Assembly (NCBI GenBank): GCA_963714975.1 | Contig: CAVQQD010000002.1 | Location: 224,001-288,000 of the forward strand | Source: an uncultured Gammaproteobacteria bacterium | Lineage (GTDB): Bacteria; Pseudomonadota; Gammaproteobacteria; JAURND01 | Length of the DNA stretch: 64,000 nt | Direction of reading: 5' to 3' | Shown here: positions 11,815 through 26,800 of the stretch, one piece after another | How positions within the stretch are numbered: the first letter of the stretch is position 1 | Layout of the letters: every line of letters begins with the position of its first letter | Notes under the pieces: generated by a model | The model's database searches: none | Seen by the model: only the letters and a program-made list of their open reading frames with translations | What the model was told of the DNA's origin: nothing | Program-made: the position numbers and the translations under genes

Positions 11815-14800
11815 ATGAACGCATTGATCCTCCTATATAGATGTAACAACCAAGGTCTATATTTATACGTAGAAAATGAAAAACTAAAATATAAACAAGT
11901 GACGATTATAAATGAACCTATAAAATCCCAGCTAATGCAATTAATTAAACAACATAAACAAGAATTATTGTCCATATTATTAGATAATAACATTACTAGC
12001 TTTAATTTAGCAGACTATCCAATTATTTATCGAACAAAATCAAAGAAATCATCTTTGTCTTTCGCCCAAAAACGTTTATGGTTTATTGAACAATATGAAG
12101 GCGGAAGCAATGCATACAATATTCCATTACAAAAAAAATTACTAGCACAAACAAATACTCAATTATTGGAACACGCATTATTATCGGTTGTATCCCGTCA
12201 TGAAGTGTTGCACAGTTTAATCAAAAAAAATAGTAAGGGTAATGGCTATCAAAAAGTAATCGATTTAAATAGTTCACCACTCAAGATAGTCCATCATTCA
12301 CTTTCCGATTCTGTCGATCTCAAAAGTTATATTGATACTGCGATCAACCATATTTTTAATTTAAATAGCGAATATCCAATTAAAATTCATCTCTTGGAGC
12401 AACAAGATACCTCAGAAAAATATTTATTAGTTATCGTACATCACATCGCATTTGATGGTTGGTCAATCGATATACTGATGCGTGATTTACATGGTATTTT
12501 CGATCAGAAAATATTACCTGAATTAACCATACAGTATAAAGATTTTGCAGTATGGCAACGGAAATATCTCAGCGGCGAACGTTTAGAGCAGCAATTAAAT
12601 TATTGGAAAAATAAACTTAGTGATTATGCAGGATTATACCTACTCACTGATAAGCCAAGACCTCCAGAAATTAGTTATCTAGGCAACGATATTTATTTTA
12701 GTATTGATCCAAAGACCAGCATTCAATTAAGAGAAATTGCCAAAAAGCGAGGCATTAGTTTATACAGTGTATTATTGGCCGGATTTAATTTGCTATTAAG
12801 AAGCTACAGTAATCAAGATGATATTGTCATCGGCACCCCCATAGCTAATCGTAATTATCGACAACTTGAAAATCTCATCGGATTTTTTGTCAACAGTCTG
12901 GCTCTGCGAAGCCAAATAAATCCTGAGAAAACATTAAATAATTACCTAGAAGAAGTGGGTCGTGATGTCATTGAGGCACAACTGCATCAAGATTTGCCGT
13001 TTGAAAAATTGGTAGAAGAATTGGAAATCCCCAAGGATCCGAGCCGCCATCCCTTATTCCAGATAATGTTTGGGGTGCAAAACTTTGGCAGTACAGATCT
13101 GTCACCTGAATCGCTGTTTGCACCTAGTGTTCGCGAAGTTAATTATGGAATAGCAAAATTTGATTTAACCATCGTTATTGATGATAGCGAAACAGAATTA
13201 CAAGGAGTGTTTAATTATGCGGAGAGTTTATTTAATCAAGAAACGATAAAGGGATTAGTATCCACCTATCAACACATTCTACAACAAGTGGTTAATAAGC
13301 CATCTCTTCCTATAAAATCCTTGAGCTATCTCAGTGTAGCCAGTTATCAGAAAATTATTTATGAATGGAACCAAACTGCCAATGATTATCCTGCTGATAA
13401 AACTATTCAGCAACTATTCGAAGAGCAAGTGGCGCGAACCCCTGAAAATATTGCGGTAGTCTATGAAAATACTCAGCTTACCTATCACGAACTCAATGCT
13501 AAAGCCAACCAACTCGCGCATTATTTACAGCAGACCTATCAGCCGCAAGCAGATGATTTAATTGCGCTATGCTTGGATCGCAATGAACAAATGATTATCA
13601 CTATTTTAGCGGTATTAAAAGCTGGCGCTGCCTATGTTCCCATCGATCCTGGTTATCCGGAGGAACGCATCCATTATATTTTGAAAGATACTGCCACAAA
13701 ACTAGTGCTGGCTAACGCCAACAATTACGATAAATTAATTCATATAATTGAAGGGGTAAGTAATAACCAATTGCCAATCCATACCGAAGCCATCGATAGT
13801 ACGAAGTTTTCCAACAAATTAAATGCTTATCAAGAAACTAATCTCATACTACATATTCATAGTAATAACTTAGCTTATGTCATTTACACCAGTGGCACTA
13901 CTGGGACACCTAAGGGAGTCATGGTTGAGCATACTGCGGTAGCCAGTTTTGCTATTAATAATAATTATATTATTTTAAACAGTGAATCCAATGTTTTGGG
14001 TTATGCTAACTATGTATTTGATGGGAGTATTTTTGATATTTTTGTCACTTTATTAAATGGGGCTAAATTGCATTTAATTAAAACAGAAGATGCTCTTAAT
14101 GTTGATAAATTTTCTGCGAAAATTAATGCCTATAAAATAAATTATATTTTTACCACAACAGCATTATTTCAAAACTATATATTGCTACCAAATAACCCAT
14201 TTTTACTTATACAAAACATTTATTTTTGCGGTGAAAAAGCAAGTACTGATTTAATCTCTACCTTTATCGATCAAACTACGGTTAATCTTACCCATGTATA
14301 CGGTCCAACAGAAAATGTCGTATTTTCTACTTACTGCGTTTTAAATAAAGATAATATAACTATTTCTCCTATCGGCAAACATTTAAATGATAAAACTCTT
14401 TATATCCTTGATACCCAGCTACATCCTGCACCTATTGGCGCAATTGGCGAGTTATATATCGGTGGCGCTGGAGTCGCACGCGGTTATTTAAATCTTCCTG
14501 ATTTAACGGCCGAACGCTTTATCACCAATCCCTTTCAAACAGAGGATGAAAAGAAACTCGAGAAAAATGCTCGTCTATACAAGACCGGTGATTTGGTGCG
14601 TTATCTCCCTGATGGCAATCTTGAATATATCGGCAGAAATGATTTTCAAGTTAAAATCCGTGGCTTTCGAATTGAGCTGGGTGAAATTGAAAATAAATTA
14701 CTAGCCTATCCAGGAATCACACAAGCAGTGGTATTAGCGAGAGAACATGAAGAAACCCAGGGAAAATATTTAGTAGGTTATTATGTTGCGGAAAAATCCT

Positions 14801-17800
14801 TGGCGCAGGACTGCATCCTTGACTATCTAAGCGGTCAATTACCCGATTATATGCTCCCCAGCAGTTTAGTGTGGTTAGACACATTGCCCTTAACCATTAA
14901 TGGTAAATTAGATCGAAATGCATTACCTGATCCTGAGTTTACGACTCTATCCAATTATGTCGCCCCGCGCAATGATCTCGAAGCTAAAGTCTGTGCCATA
15001 TATGCTGAAGTTTTGCATGTACCTGTTGCCAATATTGGTATTCGAGATGATTTCTTTCGATTAGGTGGTGACAGTATTGTCAGTATTCAACTCGTCAGCC
15101 GTTTACGCCAACGCTTGGGATTAACGCTTAGCGTTAAAGATATTTTTACCTACAAGACCGTCGAAAAACTTTACGATAGGTTGTTGGCAGCACAGGAATT
15201 AATCAGCGGTGAAAGAGCTGATTTAGTGCTGCGTGAAAGCGGTTTACTCTCTGGTGATCTGGGGCTTTTACCGATCCAAGCCTGGTTTTTCAACCACGTG
15301 ACGAATGGTTTCTATCCACAACCCGGGCATTGGAATCAAGCCTTTTTAATCAAAACAGAGAAACTTGGCCCCGCATTATTAAAACATAGCTTGGTAAAAT
15401 TAATCGAGTATCACGATGCCTTCAGATTAAATTATCGCTTAACCGATGCAGGTGATTACCAACAATACTACAATCCAAGCATTAATGATAAAAACCTAGA
15501 TTTTGCTTATTTGGACATAACACCTTTCACCAATCCTGACAAATACCAACGTATTTTAACCGATTGGCAAAGTCATTTTGCATTATTCAGTGATTCGCCC
15601 TTGTATCAAATAGGATATCTGGAAAATTATCCTGATGGCAGTAGCCGTATTTTTGTCGCGCTCCATCATTTATTAATCGATGCCGTTAGTTGGCGCATCA
15701 TTACTCATGATTTACATGAACTGTATGAAAAATTAAGTGCTGCAGAAATAAATAATCAACTCGATCAAGTCATGCAACAAAGCAGTGAAACTTTACTCGG
15801 TAAAAAAGGCACTAGCTATCGTCAATGGGTAGAACAAGTGCACGCGTATGCGCATCACTCCGATGAGCAAGAATATTGGCTAACGCAATTATCCGATCTT
15901 GCCGCCATGGAACAGCAATTAACCAATTTAGTCGTAAGTGAGACTACGAGAAACTACGTGCAATGGAGTTTGGATCGAGAAAATACTCGACGATTACTCA
16001 CCGAAAGCAATCGTGCTTATCACACTGAAATCAACGATTTATTATTAACGAGTTTTGCTCGGGCATTGGTCGAATTAACCCAACAAGAAATTCATCATAT
16101 TATTACCTTAGAAGGCCATGGTCGCGAAGAAATTGCACCACACCTTGATATTACGCGGACGGTAGGTTGGTTTACTACTTTGTACCCCGTTAAATTGGCA
16201 ATACACCCAGAAAGTATGGCAAAATCTATTGTGCAGGTGAAAGAACATTTGCGCAAAATTCCACACAAGGGCATTGGTTATGGCGCCTTATTAGGCTATA
16301 TCAATCATCCCTTACCTCGCATCAGTTTTAATTATCTTGGCCAACTTAATGCCGGCATAGAGCAAGCTCATTGGCATATCACCGGTGAACCTTGCGGCAT
16401 CACCATCGTTCCGGAAAATCCAGACCCTAATATCATTAATGCCAATGGTATAGTCACTCAAGGTGAACTACGATTTATCATAGCAGCTAAAATCAGTCAG
16501 CAAAATTTAGCACGATTTGCTGAGGCTTTTAAACAACAATTACTCTCACTGATTCAGTATACCGTCGACTTGCCACGAACGTATTTAACTGCGAGTGATA
16601 TTGACGATATTATCAGTCAAGATTATTTAGATAAAATCCAGGATACGCGTGAAATCAGCCACGTCTATCTCGCCAATAGTTTACAGCAGGGATTTGTTTA
16701 TCATGCCTTAAGTCAAGAATTAGATACTGCTTATCGCGTGCAGATCGTATTTCATTACCACAATCCTTTAGAGCCCGAATTGTTACGCATGGCTTGGCAA
16801 GGAGCATTGCACAAATATCCTGCTTTAAGACTACGATTTTCCTGGGATGAAGCCTTAGTGCAAATCATCGATCAGCATCAAGAGTTACATTGGCAATATA
16901 GCGATATCAGTGCACAAACATCAGAGTTACAAGAACAATTTATTCATGACTTAGTCAGCCAAGATCGTCAACATCCGTATCATTTAGATCAAGGGCATTT
17001 GTTGCGGATTTTCCTAATCAAGCAAGGAGAGACACACTATACCTGTCTTTTCAGCTGCCATCATGCCATTCTTGATGGTTGGAGTAATCCTATCTTGCTG
17101 GGTTTTGTGCATGATTTGTATGAGCAACTGTATGCTAACCGCACTAACAGCACAGCACAAGCACGCATTTTATCCACAATTCAAGAAGAAACCGCCTACC
17201 CTTTAAGCCAGGCTTATTGGCAAAAAACTGATGTAGCTAGTCAAGCGTTTTGGCAACAGGAAATAGCGCGCATTACTGACCATGCGAATTTAAATGGCCT
17301 ACTTCGCCCTGAGAAACGAAGCGTGCGTTTAGCAGAATATCGGTTTATTGAACATAAATCAGAGGTAGCTAGCAAAATTCAAGGACCGTTGTATCAAGCC
17401 ATCAAAGCATATTGCTCTGAGCTTGGGGTAACGGTGAATACCGTACTGCAATATGGGTGGCATAAATTGCTGAGTGTGTATGGCAATAGCCCTATTACGG
17501 TGGTGGGCACCACAGTTTCAGGACGAAATTTACCCATTGATCATATTGAAAAATCAGTGGGTTTATATATTAATACCTTACCGTTAATCCTTGAACATGA
17601 GGATGATAAAACGATTGCCGCTCAAATAACCCTACTTCAAAACAAAATTAATGAGATCAATAGTCATAGTGCGATCAGCTTAGCGAAATTACAACACTCG
17701 GATAGCAGATTATTTGACAGTTTATTTGTTTTTGAAAACTATCCCGTTCCACAAAAAATTGCAGACCGTGTACTTAAAGTCAGTGGCTTTCGCGGTACCG

Positions 17801-20800
17801 AGGAGCTGGATTATCCTTTGGCAATCATCGCCTACGAACAAGCGGAAACTCTCCAGATTAATCTAAAATATGCAAGAGAGTTATTTAGTCAAGCAACCAT
17901 TACCACTTTATTACATAATTTAGAATTCGTGTTATACCAAATCACGGTCAGCAAAATAGCACAACCCAAAAGTCTTAACTATCTTGACTCAGACAATTAC
18001 CAAAAAATTATTTATGAGTGGAACCAAACGGAAAAAGATTACCCTGCTGATAAAACTATTCAGCAATTATTCGAAGCACAAGTCGAGAGAACGCCCGAAC
18101 ATATTGCTGTAGTCTTTGAAAATACTCAGCTTACCTACCACGAACTCAATGCTAAATCCAACCAACTCGCGCATTATTTACAGCAGACCTATCAGCCACA
18201 AGCCGATGATTTAATTGCGCTATGCTTGGATCGCAGCGCACAGATGATTATCACTATTTTAGCGGTGTTAAAAGCGGGTGCCGCCTATGTGCCAATTGAT
18301 CCTGGCTATCCAGAGGAACGTATCCAGTATATTTTGCAAGATACCGACACAAAATTAGTGCTGGCTAATGTTAACCATTACGATAAATTAATTCATATAA
18401 TTGAATGCGTGAGTAATAACCAATTGCCGATCCATACCGAAGCTATTGATAGTCCGGAGTTTTCCAACAAATTAAACGCGTATCAAGAAACCAATCTCAA
18501 GCAACATGTTCATAGTACTAATTTAGCTTATGTGATTTATACGAGTGGCACTACCGGAAAACCAAAGGGAGTATTACAGCAACATAATAACGTTCATCGA
18601 CTATTTTCAGCAACAGAGGAACTATACCATTTTCACAGCAATGATGTATGGACGCTATTTCATTCCTACATTTTCGATTTTAGTGTATGGGAAATTTGGG
18701 GCGCTTTATTTTATGGTGGCAAACTGTTCATCCCAAGCTACGAACAAACTAGGGATATAAGCTTATTTTATCAACTCTGTGATCAGTATGGCGTAACAGT
18801 GTTGAATCAAACTCCCACCGCCTTTTATCAATTGATCAATGCAGCTAGCGCTAACCCTCATCATCGCTTAGCTAGCCTACGATATGTTATTTTTGGTGGC
18901 GAAGCCCTGAATTTATCACAATTACTGCCTTGGTTTAATGTTTATGACTATGATAAACCCAGGTTAGTAAACATGTACGGCATAACCGAGACTACTGTCC
19001 ATGTAACTTATAAACTAATACAAGCAGAAGATCTAGGAAATAGTTCCTATATAGGAGAACGGCTACCTGATCAAAAAATATATATCGTCGATGCTGACCT
19101 TAAGCCAATACCTATTGGCGCAATTGGCGAGTTATATATCGGTGGCGCTGGAGTCGCACGCGGTTATTTAAATCTTCCTGATTTAACGGCCGAACGCTTT
19201 ATCACCAATCCCTTTCAAACAGAGGATGAAAAGAAACTCGAGAAAAATGCTCGTCTATACAAGACCGGTGATTTGGTGCGTTATCTCCCTGATGGCAATC
19301 TTGAATATATCGGCAGAAATGATTTTCAAGTTAAAATCCGTGGCTTTCGAATTGAGCTGGGTGAAATTGAAAATAAATTACTAGCCTATCCAGGAATCAC
19401 ACAAGCAGTGGTATTAGCGAGAGAACATGCAGAAACCCAGGGAAAATATTTAGTAGGTTATTATGTTGCGGAAAAATCCTTGGCGCAGGACTGCATCCTT
19501 GACTATCTAAGCGGTCAATTACCCGATTATATGCTCCCCAGCAGTTTAGTGTGGTTAGACACATTGCCCTTAACCATTAATGGTAAATTAGATCGAAATG
19601 CATTACCTGATCCTGAGTTTACGACTCTATCCAATTATGTCGCCCCGCGCAATGATCTCGAAGCTAAAGTCTGTGCCATATATGCTGAAGTTTTGCATGT
19701 ACCTGTTGCCAATATTGGTATTCGAGATGATTTCTTTCGATTAGGTGGTGACAGTATTGTCAGTATTCAACTCGTCAGCCGTTTACGCCAACGCTTGGGA
19801 TTAACGCTTAGCGTTAAAGATATTTTTACCTACAAGACCGTCGAAAAACTTTACGATAGGTTGTTGGCAGCACAGGAATTAATCAGCGGTGAAAGAGCTG
19901 ATTTAGTGCTGCGTGAAAGCGGTTTACTCTCTGGTGATCTGGGGCTTTTACCGATCCAAGCCTGGTTTTTCAACCACGTGACGAATGGTTTCTATCCACA
20001 ACCCGGGCATTGGAATCAAGCCTTTTTAATCAAAACAGAGAAACTTGACCCCGCATTATTAAAACATAGCTTGGTAAAATTAATCGAGTATCACGATGCC
20101 TTCAGATTAAATTATCGCTTAACCGATGCAGGTGATTACCAACAATACTACAATCCAAGCATTAATGATAAAAACCTAGATTTTTCTTATTTGGACATGA
20201 CACCTTTCACCAATCCTGACCAATACCAACGTATTTTAACCGATTGGCAAAGTCATTTTGCATTATTCAGTGATTCGCCCTTATATCAAATAGGATATCT
20301 GGAAAATTATCCTGATGGCAGTAGCCGTATTTTTGTCGCGCTCCACCATTTATTAATCGATGCCGTTAGTTGGCGCATCATTACTCATGATTTACATGAA
20401 CTGTATGAAAAATTAAGTGCTGCAGAAAAAAATAATCAACTCGATCAAGTCATGCAACAAAGCAGTGAAACTTTACTCGGTAAAAAAGGCACTAGCTATC
20501 GTCAATGGGTAGAACAAGTGCACGCGTATGCGCATCACTCCGATGAGCAAGAATATTGGCTAACGCAATTATCCGATCTTGCCGCCATGGAACAGCAATT
20601 AACCAATTTAGTCGTAAGTGAGACTACGAGAAACTACGTGCAATGGAGTTTGGATCGAGAAAATACTCGACGATTACTCACCGAAAGCAATCGTGCTTAT
20701 CACACTGAAATCAACGATTTATTATTAACGAGTTTTGCTCGGGCATTGGTCGAATTAACCCAACAAGAAATTCATCATATTATTACCTTAGAAGGCCATG

Positions 20801-23800
20801 GTCGCGAAGAAATTGCACCACACCTTGATATTACGCGGACGGTAGGTTGGTTTACTACTTTGTACCCCGTTAAATTGGCAATACACCCAGAAAGTATGGC
20901 AAAATCTATTGTGCAGGTGAAAGAACATTTGCGCAAAATTCCACACAAGGGCATTGGTTATGGCGCCTTATTAGGCTATATCAATCATCCCTTACCTCGC
21001 ATCAGTTTTAATTATCTTGGCCAACTTAATGCCGGCATAGAGCAAGCTCATTGGCATATCACCGGTGAACCTTGCGGCATCACCATCGTTCCGGAAAATC
21101 CAGACCCTAATATCATTAATGCCAATGGTATAGTCACTCAAGGTGAACTACGATTTACCATAGCAGCTAAAATCAGTCAGCAAAATTTAGCACGATTTGC
21201 TGAGGCTTTTAAACAACAATTACTCTCACTGATTCAGTATACCGTCGACTTGCCACGAACGTATTTAACTGCGAGTGATATTGACGATATTATCAGTCAA
21301 GATTATTTAGATAAAATCCAGGATACGCGTGAAATCAGCCACGTCTATCTCGCCAATAGTTTACAGCAGGGATTTATTTATCATGCCTTAAGTCAAGAAT
21401 TAGATACTGCTTATCGCGTGCAGATCGTATTTCATTACCACAATCCTTTAGAGCCCGAATTGTTACGCATGGCTTGGCAAGGAGCATTGCACAAATATCC
21501 TGCTTTAAGACTACGATTTTCCTGGGATGAAGCCTTAGTGCAAATCATCGATCAGCATCAAGAGTTACATTGGCAATATAGCGATATCAGTGCACAAACA
21601 TCAGAGTTACAAGAACAATTTATTCATGACTTAGTCAGCCAAGATCGTCAACATCCGTATCATTTAGATCAAGGGCATTTGTTGCGGATTTTCCTAATCA
21701 AGCAAGGAGAGACACACTATACCTGTCTTTTCAGCTGCCATCATGCCATTCTTGATGGTTGGAGTAATCCTATCTTACTGGGTTTTGTGCATGATTTGTA
21801 TGAGCAACTGTATGCTAACCGCACTAACAGCACAGCACAAGCACGCATTTTATCCACAATTCAAGAAGAAACCGCCTACCCTTTAAGCCAGGCTTATTGG
21901 CAAAAAACTGATGTAGCTAGTCAAGCGTTTTGGCAACAGGAAATAGCGCGCATTACTGACCATGCGAATTTAAATGGCCTACTTCGCCCTGAGAAACGAA
22001 GCGTGCGTTTAGCAGAATATCGGTTTATTGAACATAAATCAGAGGTAGCTAGCAAAATTCAAGGACCGTTGTATCAAGCCATCAAAGCATATTGCTCTGA
22101 GCTTGGGGTGACGGTGAATACCGTACTGCAATATGGGTGGCATAAATTGCTGAGTGTGTATGGCAATAGCCCTATTACGGTGGTGGGCACCACAGTTTCA
22201 GGACGAAATTTACCCATTGATCATATTGAAAAATCAGTGGGTTTATATATTAATACCTTACCGTTAATCCTTGAACATGAGGATGATAAAACGATTGCCG
22301 CTCAAATAACCCTACTTCAAAACAAAATTAATGAGATCAATAGTCATAGTGCGATCAGCTTAGCGAAATTACAACACTCGGATAGCAGATTATTTGACAG
22401 TTTATTTGTTTTTGAAAACTATCCCGTTCCACAAAAAATTGCAGACCGTGTACTTAAAGTCAGTGGCTTTCGCGGTACCGAGGAGCTGGATTATCCTTTG
22501 GCAATCATCGCCTACGAACAAGCGGAAACTCTCCAGATTAATCTAAAATATGCAAGAGAGTTATTTAGTCAAGCAACCATTACCACTTTATTACATAATT
22601 TAGAATTCGTGTTATACCAAATCACGGTCAGCAAAATAGCACAACCCAAAAGTCTTAACTATCTTGACTCAGACAATTACCAAAAAATTATTTATGAGTG
22701 GAACCAAACGGAAAAAGATTACCCTGCTGATAAAACTATTCAGCAACTATTTGAAGAGCAAGTCGAGAGAACGCCCGAACATATTGCTGTAGTCTTTGAA
22801 AATACCCAACTCAGCTATCGTGATCTTAATGCCAAAGCCAATCAATTAGCTCACTACCTAAGGCACAAATATCCAATTCAAGGCGATGACTTAATTGCTT
22901 TGTGTTTAGAACGCAATGAACAGATACTCACTAGCATCTTAGCTGTGCTAAAAACTGGGGCTGCCTATGTGCCAATTGATCCAGATTATCCTGACGAAAG
23001 AATCAACTATATTTTGGCAGATACAGCTACGCATTTGATCTTAACCAATGAAAATTCGCAAATGAAGCTAAGTGCCATTATAAACCATCATTCCTTACAA
23101 ACACGAGTAGAGGCTATTGATAGTCCTGAGTTATACAACAAATTAAATGCTTATCAAGCAACAAATCCCACGCCGCCTATTCATAGTACTAATTTAGCTT
23201 ATGTGATTTATACCTCAGGTTCTACCGGTCAACCTAAAGGGGTATTGATCAAACATGGAAGTTTGATCAATGCATTGCAGGCGGTAGATGCGATGATTCA
23301 AGTTTCCAGCCATGACCGCTTCTTGGCTTTAACGACATATACATTTGATATTTCTGGTTTGGAATTTTATTTACCTCTGCTTAAAGGAGCTACTTGCGTG
23401 ATTGCTCCAGACAAAGCCAGAATAGATATGACTGTTCTTAAACAAATTCTTCACACCAAAGCTATAACTATCATGCAAGCCACCCCAGCTACCTGGTTAA
23501 TGCTTCGTCATTCAAACTGGCAAAGCAAGAAACCATTAAAAATACTTTGTGGCGGCGAAACATTAACTATGCAACTCGCTGCCTCCTTGATTGAGAATCA
23601 TCATCAAATATGGAATATGTATGGTCCAACAGAAACTACCATTTGGTCATCCTGTTGCTTATTACAGGCTGGCAAAGTTAATCCTCCACCAATTGGAAAA
23701 CCACTAGCAAATACTCAATTTTACGTGCTAGATCCCCTTACAAATCCTGTACCTATTGGAGTTACCGGTGAGTTATACATCGGAGGAGATGGTCTAGCAC

Positions 23801-26800
23801 GAGGTTATTTAAATCTTCCTGATTTAACTGCCGAACGTTTTGTCATCAATCCATTTCAAACAGAAAATCAGAAAAAGCACGGGAAAAATGCTCGCCTATA
23901 CATGACCGGTGATTTAGTGCGTTATTTACCTGATGGCAATATTGAATACATTGGGAGAAATGATTTCCAAGTTAAAATCCGCGGCTTTAGAATTGAGTTG
24001 GGTGAAATTGAAAATAAATTAATAGCCTATCCAGAAATAAAACAAGCGGTAGTGTTAGTTAAGGAACATCAAACAAACAACGAAAAATACCTCGTGGGTT
24101 ATTATGTGGCAGACCAGCCACTCGATGAAAATGCTGTATTAGATTATCTGCATCATCAACTTCCTGAATACATGGTGCCTAGTGTCTTGGTTTATTTAAC
24201 CCAACTACCTTTAACCATCAGTGGGAAATTAGACCGTAGCGCATTACCTGATCCAGAATTGAGTAAAATCACTGAATATGTACCTCCTCGCAATGATTTA
24301 GAACGAAAAGTCTGTGAGATCTACGCAGCAGTTTTAGGTTTACCACCTACTTCTGTGGGCATTCGGGATAATTTCTTTCGCTTAGGGGGTAATAGTATTT
24401 TAGCTATTAAGCTTGTCAGCCAATTAAATAAGCAAATTTTTTCTGACCCCTCTTTTCAAGTAGAAAAATTAATTCAAGTCGCTGAAATTTTTCGGCATAA
24501 AACTATCTTAAGTTTATTAGACAGTCTTTTAAGCGAAGACGAAAGCGAGACCATCATTATTCCTAGCCAAGGACCTATCCAAAAAGCAGGTTTATCTTTT
24601 GCCCAAGAACGTTTATGGTTTATTGAACAGTATGAAGTTGGAAGCAATGCCTATAATATTCCATTGTTGAAAAAAATACCTGCACAAGTCGATGCTCGAT
24701 TGTTGGCACAAGCGTTACTCTCGGTTGTATCCCGCCATGAAGTATTACATAGTTTGATCAAGACTGATAGTCAGGGTAATGGTTATCAAGAAGTCATCGA
24801 CTTAAATAGTTCACCATGTAACATTGCTTATCACTCGTTCTCTGATTCTGCCGCACTTAAAAAATATATTGATACCGAAATCAATCATATTTTTAATTTA
24901 AATAGCGAATATCCCATTAGAATTCAGCTCCTAACCCAACAAGATACTGCAACAAACTATTTGTTGATCGTGGTACATCACATCGCGTTTGATGGTTGGT
25001 CAATTGAAGTATTTATGCGTGATCTGCAAGCGCTTTATCAGCACGAGCCCTTGCCAGAATTAACCATTCAATATAAAGATTTTTCCATTTGGCAAAGGAA
25101 TTATTTAACTGGAGAACGCCTAGCCCATCAATTAAATTATTGGAAAAATAAACTTAGTGATTATGCTGGATTACATCTACCCACCGATAAACCAAGACCT
25201 CCTGAAATTAGTTACCTAGGCAACGATGTTTATTTTAGTATTGATCCAAAGACTAGCACTCAATTAAGAGAAATTGCTAAAAAGCTAGGCATCAGTTTAT
25301 ACAGTGTATTACTGGCCGGATTTAATTTGCTACTAAGAAGCTACAGCAATCAAGATGATATAGTCATAGGCACTCCCATTGCCAACCGCCACCATCAACA
25401 ACTCGAAGATCTTATCGGATTTTTTGTCAATAGTCTGGCTCTGCGCAGCCAAATAAATCCCGAGCACGCATTGAATCATTACCTAGAAGAAGTGGGTCGT
25501 GATGTGATCGGGGCACAACTGCATCAAGATCTACCCTTTGAAAAATTGGTAGAAGAACTGGAAATTCCCAAGGATCGCAGCCGTCATCCCCTGTTCCAAG
25601 TCATGTTTGGAGTACAAAGTTTTGCAACTACAACAGCTGAATTATTGGAGCCTGCTTCTTTCACACTGAATTATCCTGTAGCGAAGTTCGATTTAAGTGT
25701 TTTTCTCGATGATAGCTACGCCGAATTAAGGGGAAATTTTAATTATGCGGAGAGTTTATTTACGAAAGAAACCATCAATATTCTCATTGCCATCTATCAA
25801 CGTATTTTGTCACAATTAGCATATGAGCCATTGCTACTAATAAAAAACTTAAGTTATCTCGATGCCACGAGTTATCAAAAAATTATTTATGAGTGGAACC
25901 AAACGGAAAAAGATTACCCTGCTGATAAAACTATTCAGCAACTATTTGAAGAGCAAGTGGCACGAACCCCTGAAAATATTGCCGTAGTTTATGAAAATAC
26001 TCAGCTTACCTACCACGAACTCAATAGCAAAGCCAATCAACTCGCGCATTATCTACAACAAACCTATCAGCCACAAGCCGATGATTTAATTGCGCTATGC
26101 TTGGATCGCAGTGAACAGATGATTATCACCATTTTAGCGGTATTAAAAACTGGCGCTGCCTATGTTCCCATCGATCTTGGTTATCCCGAGGAACGTATCC
26201 AGTATATTTTGCAAGATACTGCCACCAAGCTAGTGCTGACTAATGCCAGACATCAAGATAAATTAACTCATATAATCGACGGTGTGGGTAGTTATCAATT
26301 ACTGATCAACATCGAAGCCATTGATAGTCTTGAGTTATACAACAAATTAAATGCTTATCAAGCAACAAATCCCACGCCGCCTATTCATAGTACTAATTTA
26401 GCTTATGTGATTTATACCTCAGGTTCTACCGGTCAACCTAAAGGGGTATTGATCAAACATGGAAGTTTGATCAATGCATTGCAGGCGGTAGATGCGATGA
26501 TTCAAGTTTCCAGCCATGACCGCTTCTTGGCTTTAACGACATATACATTTGATATTTCTGGTTTGGAATTTTATTTACCTCTGCTTAAAGGAGCTACTTG
26601 CGTGATTGCTCCAGACAAAGCCAGAATAGATATGACTGTTCTTAAACAAATTCTTCACACCAAAGCTATAACTATCATGCAAGCCACCCCAGCTACCTGG
26701 TTAATGCTTCGTCATTCAAACTGGCGAAGCAAGAAACCATTAAAAATACTTTGTGGCGGCGAAACATTAACTATGCAACTCGCTGCCTCCTTGATTGAGA

